This document shows, in pieces, positions 1-13,052 of a stretch of 64,000 nt of DNA (the stretch's first letter is position 1; each line of letters starts with the position of its first letter). The translations under genes were made by a program, and so were the position numbers. The notes below the pieces were generated by a model. The model ran no database searches and was not told where the DNA came from. It saw only the letters and a list, made by a program, of their open reading frames with translations. The stretch is from Octopus vulgaris. Its lineage: Eukaryota. The stretch is taken from NCBI GenBank assembly GCA_951406725.2, contig OX597821.1:85498001-85562000 (forward strand), read 5' to 3'.

Positions 1-806
1 GGGCAAATTACAATTGATATTTAAATACACAGTATTTGTTTGTGTAGAAAGCCAGTTGGTGTGAAAGTAAATCTATTCAGAAAGCAAGCCATTAAGACTG
101 GAGATATAATAGATGCAGTATGTGTGTGACAGAGTGAAATGCCATCATCTTGACAGATTTTCTCAATAGTAGCCTAAGGGTTAAATAGAATAAATGAGGG
201 TCAAATAAATGTTACAATAAAAACAGATTTAGCTATGTTTGTTTTTGCTTCTTTGTTTTTCTTTTTCCATTTTGTTTTCATTTAATTTTTATTTACACTT
301 CTTGAAGATAACAATGAAAATCAGGAACAGAAAGGAAAGAAAAAGAAAAAGCTCAAAGAAAGAAAAAAAAAAAAGAAAAGTAAAACCAGAAAAGTTATAA
401 TCAATGAAATAAAAGTAAAGCCATTATATACATACATATATAAAACAAAAGTAAAATCATTTTATACACACACACACACACACACACACAAAAACAAATG
501 TCTTACATTCCTTAGATGAATGTATTTTGACTGAAAATTGAGACAATCTAGTGACTATTTAAGCACAAGCTCAACACCGTTTTTGTTTATGTCTTATATT
601 GTCAGCAATGTGTTACTGCCATCTTATAATGCAAAATAAATGAAAACTGTTCTTTATTTGCAATAACAAAGTGAATTCTAAGTTAATTTTATCAGACAAA
701 GAAATCGATAAAGTGGAATGTTTATAGCGATGTAGTACACACGCTATCTCGTCCAACAAAGCATAGAATTGCTGCTTCAAATAAAATCATCAAAAGACTA
801 CAACTG

Positions 807-945
807 GGAACATTATATATATATATGTATGTTGTGTGTGTATATAAGTATGTATGTATGTATACACACACACACACACACACACGGTATGTGTGTGTGT
901 GTGTGTGTAATTATCTATCAATGAATGTATGTGTATTTGTGTGTG

Positions 946-989
<44 letters not shown>

Positions 990-1072
990 AAGATATATAT
1001 ATATGTGTATATATATACGTATGTATATAATATATATATATATGTATGTATATATATATATGTATGTATGTG

Positions 1073-1112
<40 letters not shown>
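807..1112. repeat. Compound (TA)n/(CA)n/(TG)n microsatellite
   Basis: Directly visible dinucleotide runs; the source of several spurious YI/HT ORFs. Confidence 0.95.
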
Positions 1113-1118
<6 letters not shown>

Positions 1119-3289
1119 ATTTAGGAAAGAGGAAAAAACCCCACAAAAATCAAACATCTAAAAGTAGTAGTAGTAATAATAATGATGATAATAATAATAT
1201 CGAAAAAAAAATAAGAGGAAAAAACATATGCTTGCTGATCTGTTATTAGCTTTGATTAGATATTGCCTGGTTACATAGAAAATAAGAAAGAATATATACA
1301 TTGATATAGAAAAATGAAGACCAAAAGATATCAACATATTGACTTTGAATGGGAAATCATATTATGAGAGTTGTTTCAGTTCCTAGACAATATCTCATCC
1401 ACAATATATATTTGAGTTAATAACAAAATATAGACATCAAGTGGGTATGTGCCCACTCACTAGCCTCTTAACTGAAGCCTTGCATGCTATGTATGTACAT
1501 ATGCACACACACACACACACATCTATACATCTGTAAGAATAAAAAGGTGGAAGGTCAAGTAGTTATACGGAAGCACTGATCCAATAAATTAAATTATGTT
1601 TTTTCTTTTTCTTTTTTTTTTTTCTTTCTTTCTGCAAAATTTCTAAATCATAAATAGAAATATTAATGTTTATGGCATATACAAATGGTAGAAAGAAAAA
1701 TTCTATATAGAAGTTAAAGACAAGGAAATGAAAGCAGCCTGAATAGCAGCAGCAGCAGCGGTAAGAGTTGAGGGCCATTCATTCATATGAAAGGGAGTAC
1801 TTACTTATTAGATATAAAACAGTGAAGGGATGGGAAATTCAAAATGATGGTGGTGGAGGTGGTGTGTTAGAAGAGGAAGAAGAACAACAACAACTACAAT
1901 AATTTCCAATAGATATAAGGATAGGGAAAATTGTAGTACAAACAGGAATACATATAATAGACAACAATAACAACAACAAAACGGTCTTCGATAAACAAAA
2001 TATGGAGGAGTGTGAAGGGTGGTAAGGCATGATTTGCAGTTTGATAGAATCAAGCCTCAAAAGATGACAAACAATTATTGGGCGATGGGGGGGAGGGGAA
2101 AGGAAGGGCATCCGAAAAGAAAGGCCCATTTTTGCCAGCTGTAATTGGTAGACTAAAGAGTGGGAATTGCTAAACTAATTTCAAATCATTTGTGATTCAA
2201 GCTCAATTAGAATAGATAAAAACAGACTGTAGAAAGGAATCAATCAAAGGAGTGACCAAGGAAATTGACTGGAAAAAAAAAAAATATAAAAGAAAAACAA
2301 CAAAAAAAAACAAACAAAATAAAAGAGTGAGAAAAAAAGAGAGAGGAAGGGAGAGCAGACCTCATAGCAACTTGAATGTCTCAAAACTATTTTTCCAACA
2401 AGGAATTTTTTTTATAAAAAAAAAAAGGGAATCAATGAACAAAACAAATTTCAATTGATATTTACTATTACATCACTTCCAAATTTCATTTTCTATTCAT
2501 ATATTGCCAATTTACATTAACACACCCTGCCAATGAATCCTCACACTTATTCAAAAGTTGAACAATGCCATCAATTATTCTAAGTTTCAGAAAGAATTTG
2601 CCAATACAATAATATTTAGCCATAGGCAAGTGAAAGGCTAAGAGTGGATGAAATGCTCGCAGCTTGGCTTGTAATGAGTAGAGACACATTTAAGATACCA
2701 GCTTATGAATATATGGTTAAGAATTTTGGTATATAATGCAAGGCTTTGGTGGATAAGGAACATATAGTCAAGAGTGTGTGAAAATGGACCGAACTGGCAG
2801 GTTAAGAAGAGCAAGAGGTCATTATATCAGTGGTCAAAGAGATGATATATAAAAAGCAAAAGCAAAATGCCCTGTTCTATAGGAGTCTTCAATGAAGTGC
2901 ATAGTCTGCTGGATACAGGTACTAAAGATCAAATGACTACATCATCCCAGATGCAGAAGTGTAAGGAAGGAGGATTCAAACATTTACGAGGTCAGATCAT
3001 GTACATATATATACACATTCATTTGATGAATCAACAAAGACCCTCTACATTGCTCAACCTACCAGAAATAGCAACCAAATTTTTCAGATTACTATCTTAA
3101 AAGGGGGAAGATACATAGAATGATGTAGTCCTAGATGCACACTGCCTGAGAGAAAAAAAAAATGATCACTGCTTATATATGAATGATTGTATGTCTACTG
3201 ATGCAGAGCTGACCTATGGCTCAATCACCACCATCACAATAACAACAATAATCAATTAATTAAACCACAGTACTTAAATTAATGCTTAC

Positions 3290-3416
3290 CTGCTAAGCTT
3301 TTCAATTTTATCTATTTCAAGCGATAGATGAGCTTCAAATTCTCCCGCTCGCAGTGTTAAACCACAGACTGGACAACATGGTGTTTGACCATCCAAAATA
3401 TTACGTCTCCTCTGTT
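3290..3416 (-). CDS. RNF220: Internal coding exon of an RNF220-like E3 ubiquitin ligase (zinc-finger segment)
   Basis: Minus strand reads ttttgttttaatttcacag|AACAGAGG...CTTAGCAG|gtaagc, with canonical splice sites, 127 nt, phase 1 to phase 2. It translates as (x)QRRRNILDGQTPCCPVCGLTLRAGEFEAHLSLEIDKIEKLSR. This resembles vertebrate RNF220 KKKAAALFDSQAPICPICQVLLRPSELQEHMEQELEQL (recalled, not searched). Confidence 0.85.
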
Positions 3417-3599
3417 CTGTGAAATTAAAACAAAAGTATTTATATTAACTGTAACGAGAGAAAAGATTATTACTCTTCTGAAAAATAATACCTCAGTCAA
3501 AACTCATTCACACTACATGCGGATAAAATAACCAAGAGGAACCCCTGTCATTGCACAGCTTTCTAGAAATAGCAGCCAAATCTCTCATACCTTATCATC

Positions 3600-3800
3600 T
3601 TAACCTTCTAGCATTCAGATTACTCTGTTAAATGTAATGGTCATTTCTAACATTGTCTTGAATTAATTATGCATTATCTTGTAGCCTTGTGATTTTGATT
3701 ATGCAACTGTATATTTTTAGAATGATATTGTAAGGTAGATGTGAGAGGCCAGATCTGACCATTTTGAACATAATATGGCTGGGTATGGGTGGTTTAAATA
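3600..3800. mobile_element. Degenerate TTAA-type MITE, same family as 26010-26233
   Basis: Starts ttaaccttctagcattcagattactctg and is colinear with 26010-26233; the right end is eroded. Confidence 0.6.
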
Positions 3801-4212
3801 AGGAAAGAACATTAAATCATGTAGTCTTATATATGTCACTAAAATAGGACAGCCACAGTTGAAAATGTTTTGACTGAAAGTAGGCCTGTTCAATGACGGT
3901 TGATTGATCTGGAACTAAATAAAAATAATACCACCACCATCCAGAAAAATACATAGAGACAATTGTAGGAGTTAGTCATAGTTAATTTTGTATTAACTGT
4001 ACATGAAAAAAAAAAGTTATGTACACAGGTCTGAGTTGAATATAGATTTCAATAGGAAGCTGAAGTTTAACTCTCACAATGATGATAGTACCATAGGGAA
4101 AATGATTGCTTATAAACAAAAAGAAACCCAACCATTGCTTTTTATTCATATTTCAGCTGAAGTAAAATGAAATATTTCATACATTTGAAGAAATACACTT
4201 TTCTCTGTGGTC

Positions 4213-4722
4213 ACAGGCATGGCTATGTGGTTAAGAAGCTTGCTTTGTAATCTTGTGGTTTTGGGTTAAGTCCCATTGCACAGCATCTTGAGTACTATAG
4301 CCCTAGGCTGACTAATGCATTGTGAATAAATTTGGTAGATAGAAACAGTGCGGAAACCTATGTATATAGGTATATGTGTGTGTGCATATATATATATGAT
4401 GTGTATGTATATGTGTGTGCTGGGCCTCATGGAGGCAATGACAAACAACCAAGACCTTTGGCATTATGTTGTGCTTGAGAAGAATACCCATCAAACCAAG
4501 TGAAGACGTAGTCGTGGCAGATACTGATGTCACACAACTGGCACCTGTGCTGGTGGTATGTAAAAGCACCCATTACACTCTTGGAGTGGTTGGTATTAGG
4601 AAGGGTATCCAGCTGTACAAACCATACTGGAGTCTGGTGCAGCCCCTCAGCTTACCAGCCCTAGTCAAACTGTCCAACCCATGCCAGCATGGACAACAGA
4701 CATTATATGATGATGATAATGA
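4213..4722 (+). mobile_element. Composite tRNA-derived SINE (family-A head, microsatellite, (GAT)n-tailed 3' module)
   Basis: A-box-like TGGCTATGTGG and B-box-like GGTTAAGTCCC. The 3' part GGAAGGGTATCCAGCTGTA...CCAACCCATGCCAGCATGG ends in (GAT)n. Confidence 0.75.
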
Positions 4723-4927
4723 TAAATATTTGTTCATTTGAAGAAAAATAAATATTTGCTGGGTTTCCCTATTTAGTTCTTTATCCTAATGTGTTCAAAA
4801 CAAATTGGGGACTTGGCAGTTCATTACTGAAATGCTATTTAAACAATTACTAAGATACTGAGAGTTACACTGAAACAATGTTCCTTGTGTAAAGTTAGCA
4901 AATCTTTATTTCTACAATATTAGATTC

Positions 4928-5810
4928 ATTATCATCATTATAATAATCATCAAAAAGGTGCACTTTCCATGCTTGCATGGGTCGGACAATTTATTGAGCC
5001 AGATTTTCTACAGCTGGATACCCTTCCAGTCACCTGTTTCCCATAGCTTGATACATGTTTTCATGGATGACTGAAAACGAACAATCTTGCTTGTAGAATG
5101 ATGACGCTCATTTACATCATCATCATTGTTTGACCGTGGTCGAGATAATGGAATTTACCATGCTACGCCAGACTTCACGGTCCATCATGGCATTACGGAG
5201 GTCCTGTTGCTGGATGCCTGTATCCCTGGAGATTACATCAGGGTAGGAGAGTGTGCGCCCTCTGGTATTGCAAGTAGATGGCTTCCAGAGGAGAAGAGTA
5301 GAAATTATCTCTTTTTCAGCTCTACAACAATGTCCAGCAAACTGGACTCTCTTACCTTTCACAAGAGATGATACAGGTGGTAGTTTCCCATATATTTGGA
5401 TTTTGGTTGGATGGTGCTTCCACGAGAGATTTTGAGCTCTCATAAGGAGGCGAGTGTAGGTTCCATCCAACTGCCTCTCAAGCTTCTTTGATAATGTCCA
5501 AGTTTCTGAGCAATAGAGTAGAATTGGTTCGACTGTGGCTTTGAAGATTTCAAGTTTGAAGTCTCTACTTAGATTTGATGACCAGATCTTATGCAAGTCA
5601 TTACAGGCTGACCAGGCCATACCCTTTACAATCACCATGTGATTTTGAGATTAGGGTACATACAGTTTCTGTCAACGAAATCCACCCACAATGCTTTGGT
5701 TGAGCTGGGGCTAAAGTAGAAGACAAGTGCCCAAGGCACCATGCACTGAAATGAATGTAAGATCACATGATTGGGAAGCAAGCATCTTAATCACAGAGCC
5801 ACACATGTCC
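4928..5810 (-). mobile_element. Composite SINE interrupted by an RTE insertion
   Basis: (CAT)n tail at the left and a family-A head at ~5665-5810; colinear with 18890-19460 and 21990-22375. Confidence 0.65.
5117..5624 (-). mobile_element. 5'-truncated RTE-clade LINE (C-terminal part of the RT ORF)
   Basis: ORF 5123-5638 has RTE thumb/C-terminal motifs (AWSACNDLHKIW, ILLYCSETWTL, FAGHCCR, GRTLSYPDVI, AMMDREVWR). It ends in a (GAT)n tail and is flanked by a candidate TSD TTTACA at 5111-5116 and 5625-5630. Confidence 0.9.
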
Positions 5811-7849
5811 ACTAGATTTTGAACTATTGAACAGTAATCATATTTTTTGGTCAGTCACTACACTGTTAGTTGAACCAATCAGCCTCTACATAGTCACTTA
5901 ACTTGCAAGAAACAATAGCCAAATCCCTCTTAACTAATTACCCACCTGTCTCAAAAGAAGACTCATTGAATAGTGTAGTCTAAGATATGCCTAAACTCCT
6001 GCCACTAAAAAAAAAAGAAGCCTGGTTTTGGCTAAAATCATTTCAATTGATAGGTGTGCTCAATCATGGTTGACAGGGATGTGGGAGGCATACTAAATGC
6101 AAACAACTGATCTGTAGGGGAATGAATATTTATTACAAAATCTTATCACTAATAATACTTAAAATTTGGAAAAACAGTGTGCATATTTACACATCAACAC
6201 ATGCATGCATGTAAATACATGCACAGACATACATGTAACTTGACTTCATATGTTATTCAGTAAACAAAAACGTCATCTCCTAAAATAGTATATAGTTATA
6301 ACAGGGGGATGGAAGGAACCTGTCATACATGAAATAAGGAATATTAGTCAACTAAGACCATCTTTACCAAGCCTTCATGGGGAAGGGATGTATATAATCT
6401 ATTATTGCTTCATTATTTCTTTTATCTTAGAAACTTATGCCAACACCTCATGACACAACCGTTCTTTCAATATGTGCTTGATTCCATCATTGATTTGTAT
6501 TTTATTTTATTTTTTGCCTTTGGTTTTTGCAAACCTGTGAAGTAGTGACCAATTGAAAGCTTAAGAAGAGCAAATGCACCATTTAAATGGTAACCGTGTA
6601 CAATAAGGATTTTTTTTGTTTCCGAAAGACATTTAGGTTTGGGAAACATGAACTTGCTGATTGGATTACAAGAGCAACACAAAACCATCCCTTCAAGCCA
6701 AACCAGGGATAAAAACGAAACAAAACAAAACAAAAACAACAAAAATCCAACAAACACCTCTCAATCCCTTCCCTTATATGGTAATTACCCATTCATTAAC
6801 ACCATTCTTTATGCTTGAAGTCATTCCTCATTCCACAAATCTTTGCTTTCACCCCTTTTCCTGGAAACAGCCCTCAGCAACAACAATAATTATAAACAAT
6901 GAGCACTTAAATGTTATGCTCAATTATCTTTGCTAGTCTCTTGCCTTATTTTTAGCACAATGAAGTATTCTCGATAAAAATAAAAAAATTTAATCTCTTT
7001 TTGTCCTCTTTCCTTGGTCTTTATAAAGAGGGGAGATACACCTCTTTAAAAAGGAGTTATGATTGTCTTTAAAAAAGAGTTTTAAAAAATTCCTCTAAAT
7101 TCAAAAACTATTAAGGGTTTCATAATTTGTCAATATACTTTGTACACCTAGAAGCATAAGAACCAAGTTCTGTGATATTCTATACCTGCTGAAAAATTTA
7201 AAATGTGGCTTGACACTATCAGGCTAATTCTCTCTCTCTCAGCAAACCCTGTAAGAATTATACTTAAATATTCTCAGAATGGAATCACTATAAACCAAGA
7301 ACATACTGAAATCATAGATTAGAGAAGGAAGAGAATGAACATATGCAATCTAACAAGTATGACTACAAATGTGTCATTGGTAAAATCTATACCACAAGTA
7401 TGACCAGAACAGTGAAACTGAAGAAAAGAGGTTTTATCAAAAGGACATACAGTATTTTTTCTTTTTTTTTTTTACCTCCCATCTGTCACATGCTGTCATG
7501 GGTTGGACATGTCTGCAATACAGCATCTTTTTTGACAAATCTTCATTCTACATCATCTCTTTTGCAAGCCACATTGCTCTCAGATCTGTTCTTAAGCAGC
7601 CTTTAAACAGTTTTTATGATGAATACCTATTATCAATTCACAATACTGTTCTTTCAACAAACACATAGCACTCATTTTCCTGTACATACCATTACCGTAC
7701 ACCTGGTGATACTTCTTTACTTTTCTCTGCTCTCAAATTAGAATTGCATAGCCATAGGATTGCACTAGTTCAATTTTTTGCAACTTTTTCAGATTTTTAA
7801 CACTCAATGGCCACATCTCATTTCCTTCACAGCTTCAATATACAAGTGT

Positions 7850-8045
7850 GCTTAAAATGGCAAACTGGTTACTGCTTAGTGACATTTTACCAGTCTTTAC
7901 GCTCTGAGTTCAAATGCGGCCAGAGTCAACTTTGCCTTTCGTTCTTTCAGGATCAATAGAATAAGAACCAGTTGAATACTGGGGTTAATATAATCAACTT
8001 ACCGTTTTCCCTGAAATTGCTGGTCTTGTGCCAAAATTTGAAACT
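7850..8045 (+). mobile_element. Degenerate SINE family B
   Basis: ctctgagttcaaatgcggccagagtcaactttgcctttcgttc matches 20673-20906. Confidence 0.7.
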
Positions 8046-9499
8046 AGTATATAAACCTGCATTTTGCTGGAGTTGAAGAACCTTTTATTTCCAATAGAAG
8101 TGCATGGATCTTGCGTTGATTTTAAATGACAAGTAGTCAGATTGTTTGACTCAATGGATTAACCTCTCATTGAACCATACTGTAAGTGGCCGAGTATCCC
8201 ATACACATTATCAGAGTGTGACAGTCTGTGGTAAGGCCAACATTTGAATTACAGGTAAAGTCTATCCAATGAGGTTCTACAAAGTTTCTTTCTACACACT
8301 TTTAATAACAAGGCTTAGATTAACCAAAGACATATATAGTAAGAGACAGTTACTTAAGGTACCACTCACTGAGATCAAACCTGGGAATTTCTACTTGCAA
8401 GGTAAATTTCGTAACCATTCAACCATGGGTACTTGTAATGATTTGCATGAGCATACATACACAATGTTTTTATGTTCTCATTAGAAATAAAAATATTTAA
8501 GGTTCTCAATGCATAGCTATTAGCCTAGTAAGTTCATGAGGAGTTAAGTTGCCTGCTAATAAGACATGCTGTCAGTATAAAAATAATTTGCATGCATTTT
8601 CAAAAATAGATAATATATTCTGAAAAGGGGGAAAAATCCTAGGTTATTAAGAGAAAAGAGAAGGAAAGTGAAGGTGTGGGTGTTATTATGAAGCATATAT
8701 AAAAATAAAATTTATAATAAAAGGAATTATATATCTTATAACAAAGAAAATATTAAATTTCTGAAACAGCAATCAAATCAAGAGTAAGTTTAAGGAAAAA
8801 ATATGTAAAAACTTTAGCTTTATGTTAATATATATATAATTGGAGAAGATAATTTGTGCCAACTTGCTAACATAAATTGTAATAAGGGCTATTACACTGA
8901 AGGTAAAGAATAATTAAATGGCTGTTGGTGCTATGGATAACAAGAACAATTAAATTCTTATACTCAGACAAAGACCAATTAGAGGCTCCGTTGACAGGTA
9001 TATGAGGGAAGCAATCATTGTGTAGTGAATTATAAATGACTCACAAACATCAAAATAAATTGCCAGCTAAATAAAGTTCTATTTGGAAGGCAAGTATTGC
9101 ATAAGGAGACATATAATCCCAAAACAGGGAGTTTCTCATAAATGATATTACCAAGAAATATATAAAATCGGAAGTGCTTAATTTAAATTAGATTAAATCT
9201 CTCCCTTTACTTTAAACATGAACTTTCAAAAATGGAAGGAATACTTGAAACTTCTCAAAAGGAGGGACACCCACACACAGATAGAGTATCAGAAGAAGCA
9301 TCTAAATTTATTGGAAAATCTAATCATCTCCTCAGAACTTTACCATATTGATACAGCAGGAAATGATAACAAGATGATGAAACAGGAAGATAAAAGATGA
9401 AGAATAAGTTGGAAATGTATTTTCATTTTGTTATACAGTTTAGGAAGGGGAAGGTTTTTTCTTCTTAACAACAATAGATATATACATATATCTCAACTA

Positions 9500-9533
<34 letters not shown>

Positions 9534-11801
9534 TAATGTCTGAACTGAGAAAGCAATTTCATTACAGGATTTATGTATTATTCATAAATCTTAAGCAAAT
9601 CTTAAACACACACACAGACAAAAACATTTATTACAATTTAGAATAAGGTTAAGAACCAGAATAATGCAAAAAAATATCATTGATTAGATGGGAAAAAAAA
9701 AGTTTTTCATAACATCAAATTCATCTTGCTATAATTTAGATTTTAATCTACTTATTATGACTAATATGTACCAGTTAGACAGTTGGGTTGAAGAGGACAG
9801 GAATATAAAATCTTTACTTGATATAAAGAAACGAAAAAATTACTAAGGAGAAAGGAACAAAGCACTAGCAGAATGGTAATTGGGAAGCAAATAAAGACAA
9901 AACGTGCTCCAAGTCAAAAGAAAGATCCCCTGAGTAAAAGAAAGGTTTATGAAATGAAATATGAAATTTAAAAACAAATGAGTGGTTAATTTTGATTTTT
10001 TTTTCAAAATTATTTAAACTGGCTGAAAATAGAGCTTTCAGCGAGTTGTTTCGTGTGTAAGACATTTTACCAGAATCTTTTATTTGAATAGATTAAAAAT
10101 AAAAAAAAAATTATACTTCAAACAAAAAAATGCAAATTTATTTTATTTATTTTACAGAAAAAATAAATTAACAGTGTTCACAACAGCATAATAGGGGAAG
10201 AGAGGTGGCCAGGGCTAGGGGCAGGGGACAGGGGTAGAGAATTAGAAAGATCAAAAGGTCACATATGATTGCTATAACAACAACAAAAACAACAAGTGAA
10301 CAGAAAACAGTGATAACAAATGATGCATCACATCACAACTAACTTAGCAACTGCAACAAAAGAATCTCAACAGGAAATTTCATGAATATATCAGTGTGAA
10401 AGAAGGGTGAGGAAGGGAGGGAGGGATTAAAGTGCAAGAGATAACGGATAAAAATTAAGAAATTAAAAGAAAAACATGTTTAAAACAACCACAAGCAGCT
10501 ACGCCGAGATTCTCTATTTTGTCTTCATCGTCAGCATTGTATGACAGAAACAAGGGAGGTGTTTAAGATTGCAAACAGACATAATAAACAAAACCAAACA
10601 AAAATTTATCTGTTTAACATGACTAAAGACTGCAAAATAAAACAACAACAGCATCCTCAGCCTCCCATATCGTTTCAAAGAGGTTACTGCTTTATTGCTT
10701 TATTAAATGACCATATTAAATCAGAAGGTGCTGTATTTAGCTGACTGAGACCAACTGGAAAATGGACTATCTTATTAAACTGAAAATTGAATGTATCCCA
10801 AGGAAGTTGCACTTAATTACCACAATAAATAAATCAAAAAAATTAAGATGAAGTAGCCAAGCAACATAATCAGATTAAGTGAACGTCATCAAAAGAAAAG
10901 AAATTTAATTAGAATAATCTTTGTTTTCTGTGAATCCACTCTGTCTTGTTACTACCGTTTTATTATCTAGTTTCATACAGCAATCAATATACAAGAATCA
11001 ATCAGTTGAAGGTAGCTTAAAAGAGAAAAATCAATCGATTGGCAGTGTTATAAAGTGAAAGTAAGCTGAATTTTGTTAAAACTACAAAGTTTTGTAATTT
11101 TGCTCTCGTCAAAATGAAAAGGTAAATTTTGTTTGCGTGAGTGTGTGTGTGTTCCCTGTAAATCACAAACATCCACAGAAGCTCCCTCTGGAGTTTCTAC
11201 ATCAAATCAAAGTTTGTGAATTTGGATAACTCTGTATGAAGCAGAGGAGAAAAGAAATTTGAGGTTCTGAGACTGTACCTTAATCTAAGAATGAAAGAAA
11301 AACAGTTTTTTGACTGATTGACAGATGAAAAAAAAAAACAAAAAAAACTAAAACAAAATTTAATTTTTAAATAATTATTTCTCCCTTTCTCAAATAAAAA
11401 GATAGTCCTGAAATGTTAGATTCACCAGCACCCTGTGTCATACAAACTTATCCAAACTCAGACTTCCCAGTATGAGTTTTGCTAACACAAACACCTTTAG
11501 GTTCCAGAACCTCTGTTTCTTTGACTTATGTATAGCAGGTAATTTTCCCCCAGAGAGATCTGATGCATTTTTCTGATCCGACTTATAGTCATGCAAACTG
11601 TAAATGTAGATGTAACATGACCTTCCCAATAGAAAGAGAGAAATGAAGTGAGGTGATGAAGTAGGCATAAAATTAAGTTCCAGAAGAGCTAGTCTGCTAT
11701 ACAAATACATCCAAGCTGGATGACTGGTAACTATTGCTAGTAAAATGTTAAATTTCAAGACACATTAATTTCTGTTTTCTACGCCAGAGGAGCAAATTTA
11801 A

Positions 11802-13052
11802 CCCTTTCGTTACTATATTTCTGACCAAAATACATCCCTCATGAGTTTCAATTAAATTCTAAAATAATCATGAATTTAAACTAGTTTCATTAAACAACTT
11901 TAACTTTTTTACTTATCAACATATTAATGTGATATTTGGAACATAATTAAAGAAAGGGTTCTCTATCAATTCTTTTGCATAACTTTTGTCTCAAAGTGAC
12001 TTTAATTACAGGTAAATCCAGGTAAACTGAGCAAAAGGTAAAAATATTAAAATTTTGTTTAAACATCACGATAGAAAATGAATCATCAGCTAATATTCAA
12101 TTAGGTATGCAACAAAATTTTGATATAGAAGAACTGTGCACATCACTAGATTATCAGCTGAATTTAATGCACAAAAGAACAGGTGTACCATAAAGGTGAA
12201 ATAAACTGAAATACTGGAATCCACCTAAATCCACCACAAGTTTGACCGAACTAAAAAAAAAATCAGTCAAAAAGTAATATATGGCCCTAGTTATGGTATG
12301 GAAGTGATAAATTCCAGACCACATCGTACCCTAGGCCATGCTGACTAACATTATTTTCCCAGTACAAAAACTAAATCCACAGCAGTACCCAGTATTTGCT
12401 TCACATTTTCCAAACTTTGATCCCCCATTTCGTGGGCTTTCCTGGCATATATTGTTTGTTTACATTCTGCGTAACAGTTTGTTTCCGCAGTGGTCGCTTC
12501 AAACAAGCATACTGAAAAAAATAAAAGTCTAATGGTTTCGCTTCCTAAGAAAGACTATGGATAGACCCCATATCCTCAGAAAAATTGCTAATAAAAACAT
12601 TTTTACAGTTTTTACTTCATTCCAATGTAAAATCATCTTTGCTGTCGCTATCGCCGCTTTCAGTTTCGGATACAGAAATATCTCATTCATTCTTGTACAC
12701 CAAGTGCTTTAGTACCTCATTCATTCTTTTTCTCGATATCTCCAGATTTTCTGTTGAAAAACCTTTAAATTCGAAATCACTGCTTCATAGCATGAAACTC
12801 CTATCCATTTTCGAAGTTGAAAAAAAATTCAATGCCGCAAAAATATGGAAAAAAAAATCTCCCAAAATTCACTGAGATCAGATATCAAGCCAAACAATGT
12901 CGGATACTATAACTCAACTATTTACTAAGTGAAATCACATATTTTCATGAATGTACTCATGAGATTTTTGCTTAAATTCACATTTAAATAACAATGGGTA
13001 CTCTCGGCCAGGTTGGTCTTATGAACCAAAAAACTTTTCAGCCGGGTTAGTA
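11802..13052 (-). mobile_element. Internally deleted piggyBac DNA transposon with transposase remnants
   Basis: Left end TTAA+CCCTTTCGTTAC. Minus-strand remnants at ~12270-12490 read ETNCYA, QYMPGKPTKWGIKVW, CEANTGYCCGFSFCTGK and HGLGYDVVWNLSLPYHN*GH, which are PGBD motifs. An acidic N-terminus (SDFEFKGFS...DISVSETESGDSDS) lies at ~12620-12810. The right end matches the MITE subterminus GCCGGGTTAGTA but lacks the terminal TIR. Confidence 0.85.

Noticed and set aside
790-1249. Overlapping ORFs rich in YI/HT/VC
   Set aside because: Translations of dinucleotide microsatellites; the same applies to the ORFs at 57560-58060 and 61050-61411.
1808-2129. ORFs with poly-S/P/H tracts near the RNF220 exon
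   Set aside because: Trinucleotide low-complexity sequence. The best splice-bounded segment has a stop in the required phase and no RNF220 similarity.
9000-9330. Possible decayed GIY-YIG/PLE remnant
   Set aside because: Too degenerate to identify diagnostic motifs by eye.
10480-10550. CpG-containing block reading NADDEDKIENLG on the minus strand
   Set aside because: No convincing splice sites and no recognisable homology.
11438-11758. ORF segment LHDYKSDQKNASDLSGGKLPAIHKSKKQR after a tttacag acceptor
   Set aside because: No strong donor in a phase compatible with the RNF220 exon and no recognisable homology; a weak candidate only.
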